A stretch of 64,000 nucleotides of DNA from Myxococcota bacterium (GCA_041288095.1 JBGGMJ010000022.1:1-64000), one strand, 5' to 3'; positions 10,905 through 22,844 are shown, numbered from the stretch's first letter. The notes: a model not told the origin generated them from the letters alone. Program-made: numbers and translations.

Positions 10905-11522
10905 ATGAATCAGGACACTGACCAGGGCGCTGCTAACGACCTGGACCTGTTCCACGCGGCAAAGCGCGGCAACTACGACGCCTTCGAGCAAATCGTTCGT
11001 CGCCACCACGATCGGGTCTATCGCCTCGCCTTCGGAATGACGAAGAACCAGAGCGAGGCCGAAGAAGTGGTTCAGGACACCTTCCTGAATGCCTGGAAGA
11101 GCATCGACTCGTTCCGCGGCGACTCGAAGCCGGCGACCTGGATTTACCGGATCGCCGCGAACACCGCGCTCATGCGCCTGCGCAGCAAGCGTCGCAACCC
11201 GACCCTCGCCTTCGACGAAGTTCCCAACGGCGCCTCGCTCTCCGGCGAGGTCGAGCTCCTGGGGCCGCCGACGGCTTGGAGCCGCCAGCCCGACGAGAAG
11301 CTGCTCACCAGCGAGCTCGGCTCGGTGATCGACGCGGCCGTCGACCTGCTGCCGGAAAAGTATCGCCTCGTGTTGCTTTTGCGCGACGTCGAGGGCCTGT
11401 CGAACGAAGACGTTGCCAGCACCGTGGGCCTGACGATTCCCACGGTGAAGAGCCGTCTGCACCGGTCGCGCATGTTCGTGCGCGAGCGCCTCGAAGACTA
11501 CTTCCGAAAAGCATTGACATGA
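10905..11522 (+). CDS. ECF sigma-70 factor
   Basis: AFEQIVRRH, AEEVVQDTFLNAW, TWIYRIAAN, LPEKYR and TVKSRLHRSR region 2/4 motifs. Confidence 0.92.
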   Translation: MNQDTDQGAANDLDLFHAAKRGNYDAFEQIVRRHHDRVYRLAFGMTKNQSEAEEVVQDTFLNAWKSIDSFRGDSKPATWIYRIAANTALMRLRSKRRNPTLAFDEVPNGASLSGEVELLGPPTAWSRQPDEKLLTSELGSVIDAAVDLLPEKYRLVLLLRDVEGLSNEDVASTVGLTIPTVKSRLHRSRMFVRERLEDYFRKALT

Positions 11523-11755
11523 TCAGTCGCGAACAAGCCGTCGAGATGTTGACCGACTACTTCGAGCAGCGCCTTGCCCCGGACCTGCGGCGCGCGGTCG
11601 AGACCCATATCGCCAGCAACGCGACCACCAAACACGTATTCGAGACCTACAAGAAGACCGTGGTCCTTTGCCGCGAGAGCCAGAAGCATCGAGTCGCGGA
11701 AGCCGACTTCGCGCCTCGGCTCTTGGCTTTCTTGCGAGAGCACACTCGTGCCTAG
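11519..11755 (+). CDS. Small soluble anti-sigma factor (zf-HC2-like, Cys ligands absent)
   Basis: ATGA overlap with the sigma stop; MISREQAVEMLTDYFEQRLAPDLRRAVETHIASNATTKHVFETYKKT aligns with the ZAS anti-sigma pattern. Confidence 0.75.
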   Translation: MISREQAVEMLTDYFEQRLAPDLRRAVETHIASNATTKHVFETYKKTVVLCRESQKHRVAEADFAPRLLAFLREHTRA

Positions 11756-13265
11756 CATCAGCCTGTCCATCTATTTGGGGCTCCTGGTCCTGTTGTCGGC
11801 CGTTTCGGTCCACCGCATGCTGCTCGCTTTGGCGGCCAGACGCTTGCGCAACCGCGTCCCCGAGGCGCCGCGCGAGTGGCCCACCGTGCTGGTGCAGTTG
11901 CCGATGTACAACGAGCGCTACGTCGCCGAGCGTTTGATCGACGCCGTCTGCGCGCTCGACTATCCGCACGACAAGCTCTCCATCCAGGTTCTCGACGATT
12001 CGAACGACGAGACCATCGAGATCGCGCAGGCGCGGGTCGAGCTCTGGAAAAACCGCGGCGTCGACATCGCCTACGTGCGCCGTCCGACGCGCGAGCAGTT
12101 CAAGGCGGGGGCCTTGGCCCACGGTCTCACCCAGAGCACCGCGGAGCTCGTCGCCATCTTCGACGCCGACTTCGTGCCCGAGCCCGATTTCGTGAAGCTC
12201 CTGGTGCCGCACTTCAGCGACGCGGGCGTCGGCATGGTGCAGGCGCGCTGGGGTCACTTGAACCGCCGCTACTCGAAGCTCACCGAGTCGCAGGCGATCT
12301 TGCTCGACGGCCATTTCGTCAACGAGCACGGCGGCCGCGCCGCCATGGGCAGCTTCTTCAACTTCAACGGCACCGCCGGCATTTGGCGCCGCAAGTGCAT
12401 CGACGAAGCAGGTGGCTGGTCCGGGCTCACGCTCACCGAGGATCTCGACCTGTCGTACCGCGCCCAGCTCAAGGGCTGGCGCTTCGTCTATCGCCAGGAC
12501 GTCGAAGTGCCGGCGGAGCTGCCGCCGGACGTCAACGCCTTCAAGACCCAGCAACACCGATGGGCCAAAGGCTCGACCGAGACCGCTCGTTTGCTCCTGC
12601 CGACCATCTGGAAGCACCCGACGTTGTCCTTCCGGCATCGCTGCGAGGCGACCTTCCATCTCGCGGGCAACATCGCCTATCCGATGGTGCTCTTGCTCGC
12701 CGTCCTCATGCCGTTCGCGGTGTCGAGCCGTTACGAGCTCTTGTCGTGGAAGCTCGCGGTTGTGGACGGGTTGATGTTCGTGGGCTCGGCCGCCTCGTTG
12801 ATCACGTTCTACGCTCTGGCGGAGCGGGGCGTGGGTCACGGCGAGCGCATCCTGCGTCGCCTGCCACTGACGTTGGCCCTCGGTGTGGGGCTCGCCGTCA
12901 ACAACAGCCGCGCCGTCATCGAGGCCGTCATCGGCAAGCGCACCCCGTTCGCCCGCACCCCGAAATGGGGGGATCGCAAGGCGTCCCGCGTCGATCCTGC
13001 CTACCTGCTCTCCGCGAACTGGCAAGCGTTGGTCGAATTCGTGCTCGGGGTTTACATGGTCGGCGCAATGGGCGTCGCCGCCGCCAACCAGCGGTTCCTG
13101 CCGATCCCGTTCATGGCCATCTTTGCCACCGGATTCCTGCTTCTGGCCTTGGGGTCGCTGCGTAAGGCTTTCATGGGCTTGCGTACCGCGAAAGCTGCAT
13201 TGACACCGCGTGAAGGCGCGTCGACAATCGCAGAGCCGCACCACCCCGCGGCGGATCATGGCTAG
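11748..13265 (+). CDS. Processive family 2 glycosyltransferase (cellulose-synthase-like)
   Basis: QLPMYNE, DDS, KAGAL, FDAD, TEDLD and QQHRW (QxxRW) motifs with flanking TM helices; GTG start at 11748. Confidence 0.9.
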   Translation: MPSISLSIYLGLLVLLSAVSVHRMLLALAARRLRNRVPEAPREWPTVLVQLPMYNERYVAERLIDAVCALDYPHDKLSIQVLDDSNDETIEIAQARVELWKNRGVDIAYVRRPTREQFKAGALAHGLTQSTAELVAIFDADFVPEPDFVKLLVPHFSDAGVGMVQARWGHLNRRYSKLTESQAILLDGHFVNEHGGRAAMGSFFNFNGTAGIWRRKCIDEAGGWSGLTLTEDLDLSYRAQLKGWRFVYRQDVEVPAELPPDVNAFKTQQHRWAKGSTETARLLLPTIWKHPTLSFRHRCEATFHLAGNIAYPMVLLLAVLMPFAVSSRYELLSWKLAVVDGLMFVGSAASLITFYALAERGVGHGERILRRLPLTLALGVGLAVNNSRAVIEAVIGKRTPFARTPKWGDRKASRVDPAYLLSANWQALVEFVLGVYMVGAMGVAAANQRFLPIPFMAIFATGFLLLALGSLRKAFMGLRTAKAALTPREGASTIAEPHHPAADHG

Positions 13266-15342
13266 ACAGAAGCTCGTTGCGCTCGTCATCAGTGCCGTGT
13301 GTCTTGCTGTCTTCGCCATCGTCACGGTGAAGGGCATGGCGGCGCGCGAGCGTCGTTCGTTCGAAGCGAGCCGCGCCTTGCTCGACGCTGGGGCACAGCT
13401 GGTTACCTCCGAGCTCGCCGCCGCCGGCGACGACCTACCCGAGACCGCCGAGCACATGGCGGTGGACGCGGACCTCGCGCAGCAGCTGCACCTGCTCTCC
13501 ACCCAGATCGCGACGCTTGCCGCCATGCCACGCCCCGGCGAGCGCATGAAGGCGCTGGTCTTGGCGCAGACCACCAAGGTGAACGATCGACTCTCGACCC
13601 TGCGCGGAGAGCTCGGCCGTGGCCGGGAGATCGACGCCGTGGCGGTCCTGGACGAGCAGGGCCTCGTGCTGATGTCGGACTCGCCGCTGCTTGCCGTCGG
13701 CAATCGAGTGCGGCTGCCGACAGCGGCGGTGCAGACGGGTGGGCAACCGGCGGTGCAGCAAAGCGCACCGACGGTGGCGCCAGCGCCGCGTCCCGCGGAC
13801 GGAGTCGAGACGGTCGGTGGAGAGGTCCCCGCAAAGCGCAAGCCGCCCGAGGAGGCCGCAGCGGCCGAGCCGACGGGCGATGGGCAGCCGAACGGCGATG
13901 GGCGAACGCCGAGTGCCGATGGCCGAGAACCGAATGCCGATGTCCGAGCGCCGACTGCCGTGCGGGCGCCCGCCGCCGCCGCGCCGCTGCCGACCATGGA
14001 CGACGGGCAGACCGAGACCGTCCGCGGCGCCCTCGGCGGCGTTCCGACCCTTGGCGCCTTGGTCTTCGAGGGCAACATCACGCACATTGGCGCCGCGCCG
14101 GTCACCTTCAAGGGGAAGCTCGCGGGCGCCGTGGTGGTCGAGCGCCGCTTGCGCAGTCTGCCCAAACCGACCGGCGTCGATCCCGTGCTCTCCCTCGATG
14201 GTCAGGTGCGCATGGGCCGCCCCCCCGATGGCGCGAGCATCGACAGCAACGCCAGCGAGGCGTTTTTGCTCGCCCCGCGCGATGTGCGCTCGGCGGTGCC
14301 GGGTTTGGGGAGCGTCGGCGTAGCGCCCCTCTTCGTCGCGCCCGGTAGCGTGGGCGTCTGGGCTCGCCGTTTCGAAGTGCCGCGCGTGCCTTCCGCCGTC
14401 GGCTATGTCTACACCGATGTGACTCCCGCGTTCGCCGAGCTCGGCGGCTTGCAGCTCATGACGCTGCTCCTCGCGGCCGTGGCCTTCGCCATTCACGCGT
14501 TGCTCATCGTCACCAGCGGGCTCGGGATGACCCGCGGCATCGCGGCGATGTCCGATTTCCTCGGGAAGCAGCAGCAAGGCCTGGGCGACGGCTCGCGTCT
14601 ATCGGAGCGCAACTTGCCGTCGGGGCTGCATCGCCTGGCGCGCCTCGTGAACAAGAGCCTCGAGCGCGGCAGCGGCAACACGCCGAGCATCGTCTCGGCA
14701 CGCCACGCCAGTCTCGACGATGTGATTGCGCACCACGAGCCAGCGACACCGGATGTGTCCGAGCTGGATTTCGGAAGCTTCGCGGCGCCGAAAGCGGAGG
14801 CGAGTCAATTCAAGGCGCCGACGATGGAGATGAAGCGCCCACCGGTGCCGAGCACCACCGCGCCGAAAGCCGAGACAGCGGCGGCGCCGGCTGATCCCGC
14901 GCCTGCGGCTGCTCTCAGCGACCCCGGCTCCGCCGCCTTGCTCGCGTCTCTCGAAGAGCTCAGCGAATCGCTCGCAGGTGACGAAGGGCCGAGCTTCGCC
15001 GCCGAGCCATCCTTGCCCGCGCCCAAGGTGAACGGCGCCACCGGCAAAGCCATCCCCGCGCCCGCCCCTGTGACCGCTAAAGCCGACAGCGCGGGCCCCG
15101 CCCCCGCCGTGACCGCCAACGAGACGCCGCGTGACACGCACTACCGCGAGGTCTACCAGCGCTTCGTCGAGGTTCGCCTCGAGTGCGGCGAGCCTACCGA
15201 CGATCTCACCTACGACAAGTTCACCGCGAAGCTCGGCCAAAGCCGAGACGCGGTGATGTCGAAGCACGCCTGCACCGACGTGCGCTTCCAGGTCTACGTC
15301 AAGAACGGCAAGGCCGCGCTCAAGGCGACCCCGGTCAAGTAG
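13258..15342 (+). CDS. MXAN_5187-family membrane protein
   Basis: Two TM helices around a Cache-like periplasmic region, a Pro/Ala-rich linker, and C-terminal HYREVYQRF...CGE...KF...VRFQVYVKNGKAALKATP domain. Confidence 0.75.
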   Translation: MARQKLVALVISAVCLAVFAIVTVKGMAARERRSFEASRALLDAGAQLVTSELAAAGDDLPETAEHMAVDADLAQQLHLLSTQIATLAAMPRPGERMKALVLAQTTKVNDRLSTLRGELGRGREIDAVAVLDEQGLVLMSDSPLLAVGNRVRLPTAAVQTGGQPAVQQSAPTVAPAPRPADGVETVGGEVPAKRKPPEEAAAAEPTGDGQPNGDGRTPSADGREPNADVRAPTAVRAPAAAAPLPTMDDGQTETVRGALGGVPTLGALVFEGNITHIGAAPVTFKGKLAGAVVVERRLRSLPKPTGVDPVLSLDGQVRMGRPPDGASIDSNASEAFLLAPRDVRSAVPGLGSVGVAPLFVAPGSVGVWARRFEVPRVPSAVGYVYTDVTPAFAELGGLQLMTLLLAAVAFAIHALLIVTSGLGMTRGIAAMSDFLGKQQQGLGDGSRLSERNLPSGLHRLARLVNKSLERGSGNTPSIVSARHASLDDVIAHHEPATPDVSELDFGSFAAPKAEASQFKAPTMEMKRPPVPSTTAPKAETAAAPADPAPAAALSDPGSAALLASLEELSESLAGDEGPSFAAEPSLPAPKVNGATGKAIPAPAPVTAKADSAGPAPAVTANETPRDTHYREVYQRFVEVRLECGEPTDDLTYDKFTAKLGQSRDAVMSKHACTDVRFQVYVKNGKAALKATPVK
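13888..13957 (+). repeat. Ten tandem degenerate heptamers, (C/G)CGANNN, inside the CDS
   Basis: ccgaacg gcgatgg gcgaacg ccgagtg ccgatgg ccgagaa ccgaatg ccgatgt ccgagcg ccgactg. Confidence 0.8.
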
Positions 15343-15369
15343 GAGCCCGAGCCGCTGAGTGCGCGGCGC

Positions 15370-15947
15370 TCAGGTCGCGGGTGTCGTCAAGGCCTTCATG
15401 ATCTCGGTGTGCTCGCCGAGTAGGCGCTGCCACTCGATCTTGAACCACGGCGTGTAGCGCTGACCCTCGGGATCCGAGGCGAGCTCGCGAGTGACCGCTT
15501 CGACGGACAGCCACTTGAGGCCCGCGATCTCCATCGGATGCGAGCGCGGGGTGGCGTCGCTTTGGCCGACATACACGGAGCAAAGCTCGTGCTCGGAGCC
15601 CGCGGCGCCGAAGTGGGCTTGGTACTCGAACTTGAAGAGGTAGGTGAGCCTCGTGGTCATCCCGAGCTCTTGCTCGAGCCGCCGTACCGTCGCCGTCGGC
15701 ATGTCCTCACCGGCGCGCGGATGGCTGCAGCAGGTATTCGACCAGTAGAGCGGCCACAAGCGCTTCTCGGCGCTGCGCTGCTGCAGAAGCAGCTCGCCCT
15801 GGCTGTTGAAGATGAAGATCGAAAAGGCGCGGTGCAGCACACCCTTGCCGTCGTGAGCGGCTGCCTTGGTGATGGTGCCCAGCTCTCGGTCGTCGCTGTC
15901 GACGGTGATGAGCTTTTCGCTCTCTGACGAAACCGCTTCCACGTGTG

Positions 15948-15951
<4 letters not shown>
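15370..15951 (-). CDS. idi: Isopentenyl-diphosphate delta-isomerase, type 1
   Basis: LHRAFSIFIFN, LQQRS, WSNTCCSHP, EHELC and YTPWF motifs; GTG start overlapping the upstream stop (alternative start 15942). Confidence 0.93.
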
Positions 15952-18206
<2,255 letters not shown>

Positions 18207-18222
18207 CAGCTTCCTTCAAGCG

Positions 18223-19200
18223 TTACAACGTCAGCGCGCCCGTATTGGACACACCGACCGGGACGATAGGGAAACCCGCGCTCTTCAAAGCGCTTTGCAC
18301 CTGGGCGACCTCGTCCTGGCGGCAGAGCGCGACTCCGAGGTCGCCTCCACCCGCACCCGCCGGCTTATAGCGAGCGCCACTAGATCGTGCAATCGCGCCA
18401 ATTTGCGCGTGCTCCGGCGTTTCGATGGCGATCCCGGCGGTCCGCCCAAGGTTCGCAAGGCCCTCGCCGTAGTGCCCCACGAGCTCGAGGAAGCCGGCGA
18501 CGTCGCCGGCCTGAAACGCCGCGCAGGCGAGCTCTGTCAGACGCTTGAGGGCTCCCATGAGGGCCGCGTAGCTCGAGGGCTCGCGGCCGGCGAACTGCGC
18601 CACCGCGCCGACGAAGCTGCGGGTGTCCGCCGAGGCGCCCGACCAGACCGCGATCATCGCGAGGTCCCGCGGCCATTTCACCGGCGTACGCTCGGGCAGC
18701 TCCTCGCCACGGAGCCGATAGCGGAGGATCCCACCGTGAACGCTCGCCGCGAGGTCGATGCCGCTCCCCGCGCCTTTCTGGAAGTCGCGGTGAGCCTGGA
18801 ATGCGCGCTGGAAGATGGTGTCGGCGGGCGCCTGAGGGTCGAGGATGCGCTCGAGGGCCACGGTGAGCGCGGCGGAGGAACCGAGGCCGAGCTTGTCCTT
18901 GCCCTCGAAGAAGGCCTGGGTATCGAGCGTCACGTGCTCGACGTTGGGAGGCAGCTGCCGCAGCCGGGGCAACACCAAGCGCAGCGCTTCGGCCGCGGGC
19001 CCGGCAAGGTCGGGCCGTGTGAGCATCGCGCCGTGCACGCCAATCTCGGGGGCTTCGACAGTGAGCGTCGGGCTCGCGGCGTTTCCCTCTCGGGTCTCAA
19101 CACCGGCATAGCGGTCGACCGCGATGACGAGCGCCGGCGCGCCCTCGAGCACCGCGTACTCACCGACGAGGACGAGCTTGCCGGGGGCTTGGCTCTTCAT
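18223..19200 (-). CDS. Phosphomevalonate kinase (GHMP family)
   Basis: APGKLVLVGEYAVL, KLGLGSSAA, GSGIDLAAS and KPAGAGGGD motifs; ATGA overlap with mvaD; operon context. Confidence 0.85.
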   Translation of the reverse strand: MKSQAPGKLVLVGEYAVLEGAPALVIAVDRYAGVETREGNAASPTLTVEAPEIGVHGAMLTRPDLAGPAAEALRLVLPRLRQLPPNVEHVTLDTQAFFEGKDKLGLGSSAALTVALERILDPQAPADTIFQRAFQAHRDFQKGAGSGIDLAASVHGGILRYRLRGEELPERTPVKWPRDLAMIAVWSGASADTRSFVGAVAQFAGREPSSYAALMGALKRLTELACAAFQAGDVAGFLELVGHYGEGLANLGRTAGIAIETPEHAQIGAIARSSGARYKPAGAGGGDLGVALCRQDEVAQVQSALKSAGFPIVPVGVSNTGALTL

Positions 19201-20177
19201 CCGAGGAGATGCGCCGCGGGCCCGAGGTCGCTGGCGACGACGCGCAGCACTCCCGGAACGGCTGCGATGCTGGTCTCGACCGCGCGAGCATGCTCGGCGG
19301 TCGTGAGCACCTTCACCTGCGGCCCGGCGTCGATCGTGTACGTGGCCGGCACGCCTTTCTTCTGCAGCTCGCGCACCGCGTGTACGCAGTCGACCGTCGC
19401 GCCGCGCCAGTAGACGAGCGCTGGGTCGGTGGCCAACATGACGGCGTGCATCTTCATGCACGAGCGTTCGGTGACCCGGGCGAGCAGGGCGAAGTCCTTG
19501 TCTGCTATCGCGGAACGCAAGGCGGCGAGATCGTGCGGATGCGTGTCCACCCAGGCGGCGTAGTAGGGCGACGTGGTTCGTGAGGCGTCCATGCCGCTGG
19601 TCGAGCCGGTCTCCTTCTTGGCGTCACTGACCACGGCGACCAGGACCTTGAGGGGCCAGTGCGTGGAGGGCGCGAGCTCCCTGGCGACGCAGTCACTGCC
19701 GTCGTCACGTTGCCCACGCGCGAGCTCCACGAAGCCGCCGAAGATCGAGCGCGCGGCGGAGCCCGAGCCGCGGCGCGCGAGCTCCGAGAGCTCGGTCGGA
19801 TTGGCCTCGAGCCCGGCGGCGGCGGCGGCGGCAAGCGCGAGCGCCGCGAAGCCCGATGCCGACGAGGCGAGCCCAGCGCCCGTGGGAAAGTCGTTCTTGC
19901 TCACGACCCGCGCGTGATCGGCGACCTTGGCCTTGCCGCGGACGAGGTCGAGGAAGCGGCTGACGCGCAGAGTGTCGTCGTCGTCGGCTTTGGTGCCGTT
20001 GAGCTCGAGGCTGTCCTCGTCCAGCGCTGGGTCGAAGGTGACGCTCGTCTCGGTCGAGAGCCCGGCGAGCGTCACGGAGATCGAGCCCACCGCGGGCAGG
20101 TTCAGCGTCGTCCCGCGCTTTCCCCAATATTTGACCAGCGCGAAGTTGGTGTGCGCGCGGGCGCGAGCTTGTTTCAT
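19197..20177 (-). CDS. mvaD: Diphosphomevalonate decarboxylase
   Basis: NFALVKYWGK, PTGAGLASSAS, GSGSAARS and TIDAGP motifs. Confidence 0.95.
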   Translation of the reverse strand: MKQARARAHTNFALVKYWGKRGTTLNLPAVGSISVTLAGLSTETSVTFDPALDEDSLELNGTKADDDDTLRVSRFLDLVRGKAKVADHARVVSKNDFPTGAGLASSASGFAALALAAAAAAGLEANPTELSELARRGSGSAARSIFGGFVELARGQRDDGSDCVARELAPSTHWPLKVLVAVVSDAKKETGSTSGMDASRTTSPYYAAWVDTHPHDLAALRSAIADKDFALLARVTERSCMKMHAVMLATDPALVYWRGATVDCVHAVRELQKKGVPATYTIDAGPQVKVLTTAEHARAVETSIAAVPGVLRVVASDLGPAAHLLG

Positions 20178-20302
20178 CGCGTACTCGTACCTCGCCCCAG
20201 TTCGTCTGACCTATTGCATTGCGGAAAGCGCATCAACGGATCCCCCCGCCTGGAGCCGCTTCGTAGCCGCGACGCGCGTCTTGTACGCATGGCAAAGCAG
20301 GC

Positions 20303-20333
20303 GTCGGGTTCCGACTTGTTTTCGGAACCCGAC
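20303..20333. repeat. Perfect 12-bp inverted repeat (hairpin)
   Basis: GTCGGGTTCCGA-cttgttt-TCGGAACCCGAC. Confidence 0.85.
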
Positions 20334-20359
20334 CTCTAGCCACGCGCATCGCGAGGCGT

Positions 20360-20434
20360 AAAAAACTAGTAGCTCGCCACACTATCAATTGCCGCGCATC
20401 CAAATGAGCACAACCTCTGTGGCGAGGTACTAGT
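20360..20434 (-). other. 17-bp inverted repeat (1 mismatch) with 36-nt loop, ending in a T6 run on the minus strand
   Basis: ACTAGTAGCTCGCCACA (20365-20381) pairs with TGTGGCGAGGTACTAGT (20418-20434); A6 at 20360-20365. Confidence 0.7.
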
Positions 20435-20777
20435 CGCGGCGCTTGCCGTGTAGCTCGGTGCTACGGAGCGGCGTGCCGTGCGTCACGAGGCTTACCGCGA
20501 ACAAGCGGATAGCGCGCTCTTCCGCCCGGGCCCGATGGAGCTGCTGCAGCCGAGCTGGGGGACGGTGCTTGAGGCCCTGGGGCCGCATGCGCCTGGGTAA
20601 GGGACGCAAGCCGCTGCGATGCGATGATTCAGCCACGCGCCAGACCCCCAGGATTGGTGAGCCGTATGCATACCTGTTTTCACCCTAGGTGCTCAAGTAC
20701 GCAAAACCTCCGGCAATCTTGAGTCGCCACTCCTCTTTTTCACCTGTCGACGCCCAAGGCGTGTAGATCAAAGGAGC

Positions 20778-22730
20778 ATGGGCGAGAAGAACGCCGACCG
20801 CGCTACTCCGTCGAAAATCGGGCGCTATCAGGTCCTCGATCGACTGGCCGCCGGCGGCATGGCCGAGGTGTACCGGGCGCGTAGCGCCAGCGACGGCAAT
20901 CGGCTCATTGCCATCAAGTGCATGTTGCCGGCCCTCGTGGACGACGAAGAATTCGCCAATATGTTCGTCGACGAGGCCAAGCTCGCCTCGCAGCTCTCGC
21001 ATCCGAACATCGTTCAGATCTTCGAGCTCGGCCGCTACAAGGAGCAGCTCTACATCGCCATGGAGCTCATCCACGGCCGCGATCTGCGCGCCATCGTCCG
21101 CAAGGCGAAGAAGCGCGGCCAAGCGCTGTCGCCGCAGTTCGTCGCCTACGTCGTCGCCAAGACCGCCGAGGCGCTCGACTACGCCCACCGCAAGACCAGC
21201 ATCGACGGCAAGCCGCTCAAGCTCGTGCACCGCGACATCAGCCCGCAGAACATCCTCGTGGGCTACGACGGTAACGTCAAAGTCGTCGACTTCGGTATCG
21301 CTAAAGCGGACTTCCGGCGCACCATGTCGCGCGTCGGCATCCTGAAGGGCAAGTTCGCATACATGGCGCCGGAGCAGGTGAAGACCGGCGAGGTCGACGG
21401 GCGTACCGACATCTTCGCGCTCGGCGCGGTGCTCTACGAGGCGTTCGCCCATCGCAAGTTGTTCTTCGGCGAGAGCGACTTTTCCATCCTCGAACGCGTC
21501 ACCAACGGCACCTTGCCCGACGACGTCGCCGCCTGGGACCGGCTACCCGCGGACGTCGCCAATGTCGTGCGGCGCGCGGTCACCGTCGACCCAACGGACC
21601 GCTTCCAAGAAGCGTCGCACATGGCCGAGGCGCTCGAGCCGTTGCTCATCGATGGACGCACCATCTACGGCCCCAAGCAGGCACGCGAGCTCATGACCGG
21701 GCTGTTCACACAGGAGATCGAAGACAACGAGTTGGCGCTGCGCGCGTTCGCGTCGACCGCGGGCGAGATGTCGGGCATCCTGCGGCGCCCGTCGCAGAAG
21801 GTCGAAAAGCTCGACAAGGTCGAAGTCGAGGTAGAGGAGGAGGAAGAGATCCCCGGCCGCGACTGGAGCATCGTCACCGCCGATCCAGCGAAGGCCGCCG
21901 AAGAAGTCGAGCAGGAGATCCAGCGCGACCGCGATAGCCGCAGCACGCGGGGGCGCGGCCGCGACGAGAGCAACACCTCGACCGACCACATCCACAACAC
22001 CTCGACGCGCCCAGAGCCCGAACGCCGGCCGAGCGGTCGCCACCGCGATGTTTCCGAAGACGACGCGACGCGAGTCACGGGCGTCGAGCCGATGCCGATG
22101 GAGAAGGTGAAGAGCTCGACGCGCGGACGCTCGCCATCGCAGACCATCGTGCCGGTGACCGAAACGCGCGGCATCCCGTTGGTCGGCGCGGTCCTCGGCG
22201 GTAGCCCGGAGGAGCAGCGTCGCCGCTTGTTGTGGACGCTCACCGCCGCTATCGGGGTGGTGTTGGTGCTGCTCGTCATCGTGCTCGTCAAGCGCGCGAC
22301 GCCGACGTCGACCGAGGTGCTCCCCGACGAAGACGCGCTCGCCGACATCGCCGAGCGCCCCCGCATCCCACGCGTCACCACGACGCCGCTCGATCAGCCG
22401 CAGCAGGCGCCGCAGCCGAGCGCGCCCGATCCGGTCGAGCGCAAGCCGGAAAAGACCGAGGCCGTGGCCTCGCCAGCCAGCCCGTCGCCCGCGTCGGAAG
22501 CGGCCGAGCCGCAATACGGTTACTTGAGCGTACGCACGAGCGATGGGCGGCCGGCGACGGTGTTCATCGACAAGAAAGAAGTCGGCCCCGCGCCGATCGT
22601 CAAACGCAAGATGCCCTACGGCGAGCACATCGTCCGGGTCGTCGACAAAGCCAATCGCGCGAAGGTCCTGCAGGTCATCTTGACCTCGAAGCATCGCAAG
22701 ACGCCGGTCGAGCTCGAAGTCTCGCCGTAA
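20778..22730 (+). CDS. Membrane Ser/Thr protein kinase with extracytoplasmic PEGA-like domain
   Basis: AAGGAG RBS; GGMAEV, HRDISPQN, DFG, YMAPE; one TM helix; C-terminal GYLSV...ATVFID...G.H beta domain. Confidence 0.9.
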   Translation: MGEKNADRATPSKIGRYQVLDRLAAGGMAEVYRARSASDGNRLIAIKCMLPALVDDEEFANMFVDEAKLASQLSHPNIVQIFELGRYKEQLYIAMELIHGRDLRAIVRKAKKRGQALSPQFVAYVVAKTAEALDYAHRKTSIDGKPLKLVHRDISPQNILVGYDGNVKVVDFGIAKADFRRTMSRVGILKGKFAYMAPEQVKTGEVDGRTDIFALGAVLYEAFAHRKLFFGESDFSILERVTNGTLPDDVAAWDRLPADVANVVRRAVTVDPTDRFQEASHMAEALEPLLIDGRTIYGPKQARELMTGLFTQEIEDNELALRAFASTAGEMSGILRRPSQKVEKLDKVEVEVEEEEEIPGRDWSIVTADPAKAAEEVEQEIQRDRDSRSTRGRGRDESNTSTDHIHNTSTRPEPERRPSGRHRDVSEDDATRVTGVEPMPMEKVKSSTRGRSPSQTIVPVTETRGIPLVGAVLGGSPEEQRRRLLWTLTAAIGVVLVLLVIVLVKRATPTSTEVLPDEDALADIAERPRIPRVTTTPLDQPQQAPQPSAPDPVERKPEKTEAVASPASPSPASEAAEPQYGYLSVRTSDGRPATVFIDKKEVGPAPIVKRKMPYGEHIVRVVDKANRAKVLQVILTSKHRKTPVELEVSP

Positions 22731-22844
22731 CTCCAGTCGCGGCTCATCGGCGGCCAGTACGCGTGTCCGCTGGTCCGGACAGTTGACCGGTAACAGCGGA
22801 CGGCTTCAGGCCGCGTAACGCCCTGAAAACAGGGCCTCAACGCG

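Noticed and set aside
11523..14165. 880-aa minus-strand ORF
   Set aside because: Antisense shadow of the GT2 and MXAN_5187-like genes; long shadow ORFs are expected at this GC content.
20340..20450. Assignment of the long stem to 6S RNA or a known riboswitch
   Set aside because: Lacks recognisable conserved sequence and appears too short; kept only as an unassigned structured element.
20430..20688. Short ORFs in the mva/kinase intergenic region
   Set aside because: No motif, RBS or convincing codon bias; a leader peptide cannot be excluded but is unsupported.
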